NCBI GenBank assembly: GCA_051362555.1
Contig: CM120644.1
Coordinates: 24,264,534-24,328,533, forward strand
Reading direction: 5' to 3'
Origin: Lingula anatina
Taxonomy: Eukaryota; Animalia; Brachiopoda
Length of the DNA stretch: 64,000 nt
Under the pieces are notes generated by a model. The model was not told where the DNA came from. It saw only the letters and a list, made by a program, of their open reading frames with translations, and ran no database searches. Both the position numbers and the translations under genes were made by a program. Below are positions 12,301-23,925 of this stretch, in pieces; within the stretch, counting starts at the first letter, position 1; every line of letters starts with the position of its first letter.

Positions 12301-15005
12301 TATTTTATTTTATGTTAAAAAAAGTGTTAAAAATGGAAATAAACCCATTTCAGAACAGTGCTGTCTTGTTCAGCATATATGCAACACCGTAAACACGATA
12401 AGTGAAAAACTGTATTACATTTTGGCTTGAAACTTACAGAAATGATGAATATTCATAATTCGCCGGTCAAGTTCGAAAATCAGCATGATCGGGTAATTTT
12501 TAGGGAAGTTATGCTTTTTTTTCACTTTTTTCAGCATATATGCAACACCGTAAACACGATAAGTGAAAAACTGTATTACATTTTGGTTTGAAACTTACAG
12601 AAATGATGAATATTCATAATTCGCCGGTCAAGTTCGAAAATCAGCATGATCGGGTAATTTTTAGGGAAGTTATGCTTTTTTTTCACTTTTTTCAGCATAT
12701 ATGCAACACCGTAAACACAATATAAGAAAAACAGATTGGCCAATTGTCATTGTACTCACAGGAGTGGTCAATCTTACTAAAATGCAGGTTGAGTTCAAAA
12801 ATCAGTATAATCGGGCCATTATTTTAGGAGTTATGCTGTTTTTTCACAATTCCACAGATTCAATTCTTAGGCATGTTAACAGTCTCATAATTGAACTAAT
12901 AAGAAATGTAAAAGTGTTTGTTTGATATTTCCTGCATCTTTACAACATTTTTAGCTGATTATGTAAAAATGATGGTAAACTTGTTATCGTGTATTGTGTA
13001 ATAAAGTGTCAAAAATGGAATCATATCATTGCAGTTTGTCAGATGCATTCATCCACTATGTTCAGAATCATAGAATGTAGGAATTTGGACATTTAACACT
13101 GTTCTATTGATACTTTTCCCATCTCATCAATTTTCTTCATTGGTCATATAAAAATGGCAGTAAACTGTTTATTTTATGTTAAAATAGTGTTAAAAATGGA
13201 AATAAACCCATTTCAGAACAGTGCTGTCTTGTTTACATTTTGGCATTTTCAATATGTGACTTTAAAGTTCCATGGGCCTGAAGACTTTTGCTAGTCACAT
13301 TTTCTGAATAACCATGATACTAATATTTTATAATTAAAAATTGATGGTCATTATGCTGCAAAACATTATGTAATGTTGCATCAAAATTTGAAGAAACCCC
13401 TATTTTGGGCACTGCTCCCATGATGACCATTTAAGGAAAATCATGTCAATTACTGTTCTCAAACTTACAGGAAAGAAACATGGGTCTAAAATACAGCTTC
13501 AGTAGACAATGCAGTCTGTTTGGTAAATTTTTCTGGCAATTAAACAGTTTTTCGTGAAAATGTAATTTTTCACATATTGGCATTTCCAAGGTGTGACTTA
13601 GAACCTCCACGGGCTTGAAGACCCATGCTAGTCACATTTTCTTAAAATCCATGACAGGTATAATTTATTATGAAAAATGGATGGTCATTATGCTGTAAAA
13701 CATTATGTAATATTGCATCAAAATTTGAAGAAACCCCTATTTTGGGCACTGCTCCCATGATGACCATTTAAGGAAAATCGTGTCAATTACTGTTCTCAAA
13801 CTTACAGGAAAGAAACATGGGTCTAAAATACAGCTTCAGTAGGCAATGCAGTCTGTTTGGTAAATTTTTCTGGCAATTAAACAGTTTTTTGTGAAAATGT
13901 AATTTTTCACTTATTGGCATTTCCAAGGTGTGACTTAGAACCTCCACGGGCTTGAAGACCCATGCTAGTCACATTTTCTGAAAATTCATGACACTTATAT
14001 TTTATTATTAAAAAATCGATGGTCATTATGCCGTTAAGCATTATGTAATGTTGCATCAAAATAGAAGAAAACACAATTTTGGGTGCTGCTGCCTTGATGA
14101 CCATTATGGGAAAACTGTGTTACTTATGACTGTCAAACTTTCAAAAAAGAAACACAGGACTAAAATGCAGCCTGAGTTGGAAAAGCAGTCTAATTGGCTT
14201 CTTTTTCTGGAAGCTATACATTTTAGTGTAATATTCATTATCTTTTTGGCATATTCATTGTGGGACTCAGAGCTCCCATGGACATGAAGCCGAATGGTAA
14301 TCATATTTTCTACATGTCCATCCTATTTATAGTCAATAAACAAAAATTGGTGATAATTATTCTCTAATTTATTATGTAATGTTACATCAAAATTGACAAC
14401 AATCTTTTTGCACTGCTACTGCAAACATTATGAAAAGAAAACTGTGCTACTTATTATCATTTTTAACTTACAAGTACGATTTTTAGGATTGGCCTTCAGC
14501 TCATATGAGAAAACCAGCTCTATTGGATTATCATTTTTATTGAATTTATGCATTTTTTGTGAAATTTTCATTTTTCTCATTCTGGCACTTTCTAAGTATA
14601 AACTTGAACTCCGATGGGCCTGAAGCCTTATGCTTTTAATTTCGTCTGTGTTACCTGTTGTGCATAAGTTGATGTTGACTGTGCAGTTAAACATAATGTA
14701 TTATTGCATCAGGATTGGTAGTCTCCTATTTTGGGCATTATGGTTTTGTGCTTTTCTTAAAGTGTGACTTATGGGCCTAAAGACCTTTGAGTGGGTCAGT
14801 CTGTAAATTACCCTTGGGTATCACTAGATTAATTTCAGAGTTATAAAGTCATTTGCCTTAATAGGCCATTAAATGAGATTACATAAAGCACACTTGTTGA
14901 TATTTCCCTGTAAACTCCCAAAGGTAAAGCTCTCTGCTAGATTAATAATAAGGAAGCAGTGATAATTATGCAGGTAAATTTTGTTTAATATTGCAAATAA
15001 GTTTA

Positions 15006-15082
<77 letters not shown>

Positions 15083-16246
15083 AACTGGAAGATTAAAAGT
15101 TTGAATAGCATCTTCATTGGAATTATATTTACCTCAAGCTCTGCCAAGGAGGTCATATTTTCACCCCCGTTTGTCTGTCATCCACATAACACAAAAAGTT
15201 ATGGACTGATTTTGCAGAAATTTTCAGGAACTGTCGGAAGTGGGCCAAAGAGGACAATGATTAATTTTTGGTGGTGGTCTGGAACAATAATCAATCAATT
15301 ATCAATAATAATCAACAATTGCTGCCTTGGCAGAGGTCTGCACTCTCAAAGTGCTTTTCTAGCTTTGTTATGTTTTCCTTTATAATTTTTTCTCAAACAC
15401 TTGCATTTGTGACTTTTAACTCTCATCTGCCTGGGGCTCTGCACATTTTCTGTATTTCCACATAAGCAGTTGTATTGTTTTTTATGTCTTTAAACATTAT
15501 GTAATATTATTTTATGCACTGTCATCATTTTTCAAATATTGAGAGTTTCATAATGTGAATTTGAACTCTCATGGTCCTGAAACTGTAATTTTATTGAAGG
15601 GGTGGACCATCTTCTGGGTCTTCCTGAAGACAGTCAGGTTATTAAGTTTATATTGACTGGTATCTATTTTTTTCTGTTGGAAGACCATCAAAATGGAGGA
15701 TGGATCAACATAGATACTTTGTAATACTGTCAGAAAATATCTCTGGGTCCGCTCCTGTTATTGACCATGTTACCTGTTGTGCAAGATTAAAATTCAGTGT
15801 TGACTGACAGTGCTATTATAAGCATTATTTATTATTGCATCAAAATTGACAAAATGACCTATTTTGCATCTTTATTTTCTGTTTTTTGTCTGTACATTTG
15901 ACAGCTTTGCTGCCTTGTTCAGTTTTGTATTCAAGGACATATTTACATCTGTTTTTTTCCCCTCGTTTTATTGTTAATTTTCATCCTCTGTTTTAGTAAT
16001 GTTTATCTCTTATTCAGGATAAAGGATGTGCAAGATTCTAGAAAGATCGTTGAAGAAGTTCGCAAGCACTATCAGATTGGTGTGTCACCCGGGTTTGCAT
16101 TTTCTACCAATCCAAGTGACCCCTCGCCGTTTGTGCGGGTCTCATTTTCCTACGTGGCACCGGACACGATAGATTTTGCATTTCAAAAACTTGCTGACGT
16201 CATCAGACAGACACAGAAAACAGAAAGAAGAGAATATGGAACTTGA
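7563..16246 (+). CDS. AADAT: Kynurenine/alpha-aminoadipate aminotransferase-like paralog 2; join(7563..7766,9542..9641,10485..11247,16018..16246), 431 aa
   Basis: Same exon structure and phases as paralog 1. Motifs [30 protein letters not shown] and FVRVSFS; open frame across GT-AG introns; AATAAA at 16465. Confidence 0.93.
9542..9641 (+). CDS. AADAT: AADAT-like paralog 2 coding exon 2
   Basis: Acceptor ttag|; encodes [33 protein letters not shown]; donor G|gtaaga. Confidence 0.9.
9680..10024 (-). mobile_element. Kolobok-like MITE, copy 2 (opposite orientation to 2548-2865)
   Basis: TTAA|AGGGATATTAACTCTTCG...GAAGAGTTATTATCCCT|TTAA; interior is the reverse complement of copy 1. Confidence 0.85.
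10485..11247 (+). CDS. AADAT: AADAT-like paralog 2 coding exon 3
   Basis: Acceptor ttcctcag|; PLP-binding motifs; donor AG|gtcgga. Confidence 0.92.
11415..15919 (+). mobile_element. Non-autonomous Helentron/DINE-1-type (HINE-like) element with internal ~165-bp tandem array
   Basis: T-rich flanks; subterminal inverted repeat TGTACAGACA (11421) / TGTCTGTACA (15887); 5' hairpin; (GTC)n microsatellite; tandem core repeats; 3' hairpin CAGC-TTT-GCTG then CTTGTT. Confidence 0.75.
15128..15365 (+). mobile_element. Short HINE-like element nested in the larger one
   Basis: Subterminal inverted repeat CTCTGCCAAGG...CCTTGGCAGAG; GTTTGTCTGTC microsatellite; 3' hairpin GCACT..AGTGC then CTAG. Confidence 0.65.
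16018..16246 (+). CDS. AADAT: AADAT-like paralog 2 coding exon 4
   Basis: Acceptor tattcag|; encodes [26 protein letters not shown]; ends in TGA. Confidence 0.9.
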
Positions 16247-16735
16247 ACATGTATAAAGTTCTCTTTTGTAAAGTGATATATCGAATATCAGGTATATGGG
16301 AGAGGCAACAATTGGATATCAATCTATATATATTTCTAAAGACGCACACTGTGCATAAGACCTTTGCTAAAGACCTTTGTTTCATTTCTATGGAATACCA
16401 TTGCTTTCTTTCTAATTGACAAGATACACCTTGTTAGTTAAGTACCCTGCGCATAATTACCATCAATAAATCTCATTCAAATGTGCTAGTTTAAGAATCA
16501 CTCTGGTTATGAGCGTGGAGACTGGTGAATTTCACTGGCGGCGGTTTATTAGAATATAAGATTTCGAAATCAGCTATATATATGGTCATTTTACTTAAGG
16601 TTGGAACGATTGAAACGGTGTGTTTGGTGACAGAGAGAAAACTAATAAAGTCTCAAATACACTGGTTTTGCTTATAAAGATGGAATGCTCACTAAAATCG
16701 GTAGTACTCATGCCCCCTTTTAGGTACCTACAGTA

Positions 16736-18370
16736 ATGCTTAGGAGGGGATGGTCACTGATCACTGGTGGACTTAATCAACTGAAGAAGAATTTTGTCTT
16801 CGGCAAGGCCAAGGATATCATAACCAAGCAACAAGAGAGACAGACTTTAGAAGAAAAACAGTCCAATGCAGCAACAGTGACACAGGCCATTGCACAGATA
16901 TCCATCAGTTGTGAAAAACATCCTAATAATGAATTAAAATATTACTGTGAAGATGATGATACTGTTGTATGTGGTGACTGTGCATCAACAGATCATTACA
17001 GACATGGTATTGTGCCAGTTGATAAAGTTGCAAAAAGTAACAGAGATAAAATTACAGTAGCCCTTGTGAAAACCATGAAAACAATGAACAGGTTTAAAGA
17101 GGCACTTGTCATGGAAACTTCCAATGAAACCGAGGACTCTCATATCAGGATAGCCACAATTAAAGAAGTTAAAGAACAAGCTGAAAGTTTGCGCAAATTA
17201 ATTGGTCAGAGGGAAAAGGCATTGATATCAGAAGTGAATTCTGCTTACGATATCAGAAAGAAGCAGAAGGAGGCTAACAAGTACATCTTAGAATTCCACC
17301 ATACATCACTGCAAAGTGCCTGTGACTTTGCCCAGGAACTTATCACTAATGGCACTGACTCTGATGTCATGGTTCACGCAAAATCTCTGACAGAGAGACT
17401 GACAGTGATGGAGAAAACACCTGTCCCAACTCTAGACACACCAGCACAGATATCCTACATCCCTGGTGAGATATCTGCTGCTGGACTGGTAGCCATGTTA
17501 GGACAGTTACAGACACAACCTCCATTAGCTGGACAGGGAACATATCCAAGATCAGCACCATATCCTCCTGTTTTCTTAGCTAAGGCAAGGTGTGAACATT
17601 CTTTTAGTTCTACGCTGAAAGATGACAGTGCAATGTACATAACCGGGTTGGCCATAGATGAGGAACACGTGTTTGTCGTGGATTATGGACATGACAGAAC
17701 CAAAATGTTCACACATACTGGGGATTTCAAGTATGACATCAAGGTAAGCAGTCCATTTGATGTGGCTGTGTCACAGACTGGTCACCTGTACATAACATCA
17801 CGGGGTGACAAATGTGTCGAAGTGCACACTCCCACAGGCCAGCAGGTGACAGCCATGGGTCAGGGTCTACTGGAGGATCCACGAGGTATAACACTGAACA
17901 GACAAGGTCATGTAATGGTTTGTGACAGTCGAAAAAGATCCATCTTCACATTCCACGCAGACAGTGGACAGTTCATGAACACTATTCCACTCAGTATGTG
18001 TACAGGCCCAATAAACATTGCAGTGAACAGTTTGAATGATAAAATCGTGATATCAGACTGGTCTAGACACTGTGTACAAGTGCTGTCACCTAGTGGTGAT
18101 CAGCTGTACCAGTATGGCACAGAAGGCAGTGGTGATGGTCAGCTGTATGGGCCACGTGGATTGTGCACAGACAGCAATGGTCACATCTTCATTGCTGACT
18201 ACTATAACAACAGGATAGTGTCACTGAGTCCCCAAGGACAGTTTATCAGATACATTGGCACTAAGGATGATGGGTTGGAGTTTCCCGTAGCATTAGCCAT
18301 GAACCCTGCTGGTCAGCTGGTGGTGGCAGAAACAAATGGCATAGTTCAGACATTCCAGTTCTCAAAGTAA
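16736..18370 (+). CDS. TRIM2/3/71-like B-box + coiled-coil + NHL-repeat protein lacking RING (544 aa, single coding exon)
   Basis: B-box2 CEKH..ELKYYCEDDDTVVCGDC...H..H; heptad-rich helical region; NHL repeats (PRGITLN, G.G.GQL.GPRGLCTDSNG.IFIADY.N.RI, P.ALA.NP.GQLVVAE). Confidence 0.9.
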   Translation: MLRRGWSLITGGLNQLKKNFVFGKAKDIITKQQERQTLEEKQSNAATVTQAIAQISISCEKHPNNELKYYCEDDDTVVCGDCASTDHYRHGIVPVDKVAKSNRDKITVALVKTMKTMNRFKEALVMETSNETEDSHIRIATIKEVKEQAESLRKLIGQREKALISEVNSAYDIRKKQKEANKYILEFHHTSLQSACDFAQELITNGTDSDVMVHAKSLTERLTVMEKTPVPTLDTPAQISYIPGEISAAGLVAMLGQLQTQPPLAGQGTYPRSAPYPPVFLAKARCEHSFSSTLKDDSAMYITGLAIDEEHVFVVDYGHDRTKMFTHTGDFKYDIKVSSPFDVAVSQTGHLYITSRGDKCVEVHTPTGQQVTAMGQGLLEDPRGITLNRQGHVMVCDSRKRSIFTFHADSGQFMNTIPLSMCTGPINIAVNSLNDKIVISDWSRHCVQVLSPSGDQLYQYGTEGSGDGQLYGPRGLCTDSNGHIFIADYYNNRIVSLSPQGQFIRYIGTKDDGLEFPVALAMNPAGQLVVAETNGIVQTFQFSK

Positions 18371-18462
18371 CTATTGATTATATTGAACACTGTTGAAGAT
18401 ATGTCACAATATTGTTCAAATTTATACTTGTAACAAAAGAATTGAAACTGATCTAATATTTA

Positions 18463-18500
18463 AAACAAGGCAGCAAAGCTGTCACATGGACAGATAAAAG
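18463..18500 (-). mobile_element. 3' end fragment of the same HINE-like family
   Basis: AACAAGGCAGCAAAGCTGTCA is the reverse complement of the terminus at ~15899-15919. Confidence 0.6.
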
Positions 18501-21224
18501 CACCGAAAGTGACAGAAGTAGAACGGGTGTCCAATTAAATAAGGACAAAGTATGAACATTTTCTGTATAAAAATATATACAGCTCAGAAGTATAAGTCAC
18601 GGTAAAGCATTAATCCTGAACTAATGCAGTGGGCACGAAGAAAGTGTTAACTAGGCTTAAGACCCTTCGGAAATCACAAATCACTGTTTGTTTTTTTTTT
18701 TTTTTTTGTAGCTAATTTAGATGCAAACGTATGCAATGCCAAATGGTGTAATTCAAGCTTTAATTAAGAAAGTGAACATTAGGCCAGGGCTTCAAACTCA
18801 ATTGAAGTCAAGTATCTGTCAATATTGGTTTAAAATGTACAGAGACAAGAATTATCCGCTAAAATATTTAGACAATAAATCCTATAGTGTATTTGACAGC
18901 ACCTAATTAACCTTTTATTACAATGCATTTTCAAGTTTAATTTTCATTTCACATCTATATAAAACCGTATTTATTTATATTTTTTATCTTAATATCCTAT
19001 ACTTAATTACTACTAAAAATCAACTGATGTATAACTTGAATATACAAGTCAGCAGCAGACTCCACAGTTGTAAAAAGGGAATAATGTGCGGTTTGCAATG
19101 AGTATCGTAAGGAGCGTTTGTAAATTATGGGTTTACGGGATTTGAGTCAAAGAGACTCCAAAATGGAAAGTGCATTGTCAATTGTCAAATCTGTAATGTT
19201 TACCAAATGCAGAACAACAGAGCCCATATAGCTAATACATGTAGATAATATATTAACCACATTAATCAAGGATACGTCATACATTTGTATGTACCAATTC
19301 CAATGTAATGTCGGTAGGTAAAATATCAACAACTGGAAAGCGTAAGGTCCCAGTTGTCCATAATTAGTTTTTAATTTTCATCATTTTGTCTGCTTACTTT
19401 TATTGTTATTATCTAACAAAAATATTTTCATTTTAATTTTTATTCAATACACGATATTTATCATAGCACTGTCTTTGTGCTGGCATAATTTGGAGCTTTT
19501 TTAAACACTAAATCGAGGACGTATATTGCAAATACAAGAGGTCAATTATGCATAGTCCTTTCACTGAAATAAATGAACACTTATCAATGTTTGAAATACA
19601 TGAACGTTTGCTTTGCATTTGGTGCCCTAAAAGTAACGTTTTTGCAAAATGTATGTTCTTGATCAATTTCGCCTACTGATCTTTGTTTTTAATAATTGTT
19701 TAAACTCCTTCAACGTCTCTTTGTCAGGTGATTTGAAGATAGAGAAACAAAGTACCCTCCTTAACCTTTGGGATGCTTCCTGGTATATTTCTAGTGTTAT
19801 CAATATCCCTCCCTTTTAGAAAAAGAAAAAGCAAAGCCTGGAGATGGCTATCGGAACAGTGTCTCCTCCCCCATCCCCCTATTACATGTACCAGGACTCT
19901 GCAGCTGATGACGGCCACTTGTTTACCTAAACGCGTTTTATTCAACCAGCCTACCCCCTCCTCCCGCCGGGCCATGCGTCCTTCATACAACCGGCTTTTA
20001 AAACGACTACAGAAAATGTCATAGAACCAGACAAGCTTTTAATCAGACAGCGGGACTACCTTATACAGATTGACAAACGCATAATAGGCCCCACCCACCC
20101 CACTGTTGACTCAAAGAGTTTGAATTTCATTTAAGCAAGTGTATTTATCTGAAACGTTATTAAATATATACTCAAGTTGACGTGAAAGAAGGCGAAAAAA
20201 TACACCACTCCGAGTTTTGCATTTTTGGTTATATCATTTAATTCTTTGTTAACTATTTGTTTCCGTTCCCTCTCTGGCGCTCTCAGACTTCAATAAACAC
20301 CCCTGGATAGCATGGGTTTGTTGTACTTATGTCGTTAAAAAGATACAAATACAAACGTAACCGATGTTTAGTCTTATGAAAAAATATGTTGGTTATATTG
20401 TCTTAATTAAAACGCAAACTGAAACTATAAACCAAGAAAAAGCATTAAATTACCTAGTGAAGAATGGACCAAAAGGGGGAATAGGCTGTCCTCCAATAAG
20501 AATATAAATAAATGGTTGCAATAATATTAATAGAAAATTGGTCAAGTCCAAAATAAAAATTTAACAGAATGAGTAAGCGTCTACGTGCATCGCCTAATCT
20601 TTCTGACGAATAAGAAAATATAAAATGCGTTATTTTGATGTTAAACACAAAAGGTCAGTAAGGCAAACCTTCCCTTTCTCAGAACACATTCCCTAACTTG
20701 CGACTTCGTATGCATGCTCGTTTACGTTTTCTTTTCAAAAAAAAAAAAATAATAATAATAATAATAATAAATAAATAAATAAATAAATGAATAACGAAAA
20801 GTTACCCCAGTGTAATGGTAGGTATTACAAACATATTTTGGGTTTATGTAGAGATTGATTTTATATCACCAAAGCATGCAACAGCCTTACCACGTCGATA
20901 AGAATTTCCAGTTCGCAGACAGCACGTGCGTAGGTTGTTGGACATGTCCAAAAGATTATACGATCGATAAATAAACGGTGCAAGCCCATCCTTACGTTTA
21001 AAACACCCTAGCAAACATACAACTTCAAATCCATGCATGTGAAGAAAACTAAGTTTTAATCATCTCCGCTATTGTTGTAAATAATCAATCACTAAAAAGA
21101 AGGTAAAAAAGGGGCCAAATGATGTTCAACCATTATCATGTCCACGGCAAATCTACCGAACTATGCCTGTACAGGAAGGGTGTAATGTCATCTATCACCA
21201 AGTACACAGGCTGCTAAAATTAGA

Positions 21225-21260
<36 letters not shown>

Positions 21261-21946
21261 AAATAAATATAAAAAATGAATAAACTAAACAATATAAAAA
21301 ACATTTAAAAACAAAATGTAGAAGACGCGAAAGCTGTGAATCCGTACGACACAGCCTGCCTCAGCTCAGGCGCCGCCCTAAAAACGCTATATGAACATCC
21401 GTGCCGAGATCGCACGGAGACAGCAAGGCCCAAGTACCTAGTTTACTATCAATATTGGTAAAGGTAGTATTAAGCAGGAAAATTATTGACTAATATCACT
21501 GTTCTGTCAGGTGTTAAGGGGGGGGGGGGGGTACATAAGTTGATTGTGAATCAGTAGATCAAATAACAAGGGGGCATATCTATACAATTGGCAATCGTTC
21601 TTTTCAACATTATGTACTTGAAGAGCACCAAATCTGGTCACAGCTTATGGAGTTTACTAGTGTTTACTAGTAAACATTCCCAACGACTATTCCCAACGAC
21701 TATTAGGAAATAAACCATGTGCCTGTTTCATTTTCTTTTTATTTATCAAAGTGATTACAAAAATGGCAGGGGCGTAACCAGACCTTTTAAAATTGTACGC
21801 ACAGATTTTCAAAATCCCCAGGTACAACTTAATGTAGACTTGCGCAACAGATAAAGGGTAGTTTAAGTTATATGCTCCAATTATAATAGTTTAGTTTTCA
21901 CCAGTTATAAAATCATCACTTAAAGTTTAAAATATTCCCACTATAT

Positions 21947-22934
21947 TGTAAGGGACGCGGTGGCGCCCCTTAGCATGTCCCACGCCCCTAGGATGTCGCG
22001 GCGCCCGCGCCTAGACTAAAGGATGTCGCGGCGCCCGCGCCTAGTAAGATTTATTATAAAGTATTATTATAATGAGACATTAAGGTACATATAAATAGAA
22101 CAGGTGGTGGGTAGAGAGAAGGAGTTAGGTAGTGGGAATAAAGCTGTTTGGAAATCCACGACTCTTGTTGCTCACTTCTTCTCGATCTGTGAACCTAAAA
22201 TCGAACCTTACAGGATTGGCGAGCTCGCCAGGACGAGAAGAAGTAGCAAAGGAGAAAATGGCAAATCCAAATGCAGCGCAGGTCCCACTGCCGAACGAAG
22301 TCGAGGGTCATCCCCAACTTCAGCAGATAATACAAAACTTCCAAGGCTTACTTGAAGCGGTGCAGGGAAAGGCCTTTATTGAAATAGGGAACGAGACCCT
22401 AAAAACAGCGGCGACAGCAATACGACCATGTGACGGACAGGACGAAAACGAGGTAAGAGACTTTTTGGAGGAGATCGACTCGGCCGAACACCAGGTGGCA
22501 TCGGTGAGTAATGGACAAGTGAAACTAGCCTGTAGAGTAACTAGAGGTAGCTTAAAAAGAGAGATAGAGCGTTTTTTACAAGCCCAACAAGACAGGGAAA
22601 ATATTACATGGCGGGTATTAAAAGACCACATTCAAAGATCTTTTCTCTCGTGCAATGAAGCTGAACGACTGAAGACCGAAATAGAACATTACATACAGTC
22701 GCCTTACGAAAACCTAACCTCTTACAACAGAAAATTCCGAGAAAAGGCTAATAGAGCCTTCCCAATTCCTAGAACGGGTGACGCGGAACGCCTTGTACTT
22801 AGGGCATACGCGAAAGGCTTACGAGGTGGTGGGTAGAGAGAAGGAGTTAGGTAGTGGGAATAAAGCTGTTTGGAAATCCACGACTCTTGTTGCTCACTTC
22901 TTCTCGATCTGTGAACCTAAAATCGAACCTTACA
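21947..22934 (+). mobile_element. Internally deleted Gypsy-type LTR retrotransposon (5' LTR 21947-22212, primer-binding site, gag, partial 3' LTR 22824-22934)
   Basis: LTR termini TGTAAGG...CCTTACA; 4-bp TSD ATAT; primer-binding site TGGCGAGCTCGCCAGGA at 22217; TATAAATA at 22090; 111-nt identical direct repeat at 22102-22212 and 22824-22934. Confidence 0.92.
22258..22836 (+). CDS. Retrotransposon Gag capsid-like ORF (192 aa), C-terminally truncated
   Basis: Open from the ATG after the primer-binding site; motifs CDG..VRDFLEEID, TWRVLKDHIQRSF and a major-homology-region-like QSPYENLTSYNRKFREKANRAF. Confidence 0.75.
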   Translation: MANPNAAQVPLPNEVEGHPQLQQIIQNFQGLLEAVQGKAFIEIGNETLKTAATAIRPCDGQDENEVRDFLEEIDSAEHQVASVSNGQVKLACRVTRGSLKREIERFLQAQQDRENITWRVLKDHIQRSFLSCNEAERLKTEIEHYIQSPYENLTSYNRKFREKANRAFPIPRTGDAERLVLRAYAKGLRGGG

Positions 22935-23925
22935 ATATCATTAAGTTCCAGTATATTATTTCACCCAGAACCAACGCTTTTTCCATCTGTAATATGTGCC
23001 ATAAGCGGGAGTGAAGGCTAGGGTAAGAAGTAAATGACAAAATATTTAAAAAAATAAATAAATTTCATTGGGGGGGGGGGGGGGGAGGGTTAAGAATAAT
23101 CGATATCGATCTCACGCTGACGCTCTTTCGCAAAAGAATGCCCTCTTGCTCCCGATCTTCGGCTAACTATGTCTCTTGAACAAATATGAAAATTGCCTTC
23201 TTGGCTCTTTCGGATTGCGAACGATCTCTCGCTGAAGATACAAGAATTGCTTTTCTTGTCTATCAGCTTTGTCAGGTGCCGTGCGTATAAAGGTCCGGAA
23301 GGTGTCCTCTTTCATAATTTGTCGGCAAATTAGCTCAGTCTTCATTTAGGCCCTACACGTGTTTTGTACCGAATGTCAATCATTCTTGTCACTTCTGCAT
23401 TATGTATTTTAAAGTTAACGGTAACATTTTATTGTGTTTTCTAAGCTTTACGTCACAGTTACTTCATGACCGAATAACAGCGTGCACTACAAAGTAGTGA
23501 TATTCAACTGGGACGCATCATAAATGTTGGGGTTAAATTATTTCAAGTACATATACGGCCGCCCTTCATTTTTTAAAAATTGTAAGCTGTCCAGCAGTCT
23601 TTGGAAATACAGGGTTACCACTAAATATGGAATATTCTTTTTTGGCGAGTAAATTTTCTACAAAATATTTAATTTCTCTCTAACTACTTTAAATCCAAAG
23701 CTGAGGTGTGACTCCATGCGTAGCCAGGTGTGTTACCTTATTACCACACAACTCTCGAAACAATTGGTGCATGCAGTTGCATGTTCTGTGGTCAGAAATG
23801 TGAGGGGTGGTCTTTTCGGCAATTTCTGCCATTGTATAAAAACCCATGGGTTTGGTCAATCTTTGAGGTGTGTTTAGAGAAGCAACAAAGGGATCGCTCT
23901 GAAACTTGACAGGTACCTTAATGAA

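Noticed and set aside
7766-16724. AADAT-2/TRIM read-through fusion
   Set aside because: AADAT-2 has its own terminal exon and AATAAA, and the exon-3 donor phase does not match the TRIM acceptor at 16723
19724-20024. Possible exon (acceptor tgtcag, higher GC)
   Set aside because: Short frames with stops and no recognisable homology
22132-22257. Upstream GTG extension of the gag ORF
   Set aside because: It lies inside the LTR and primer-binding site; ATG 22258 is the plausible start
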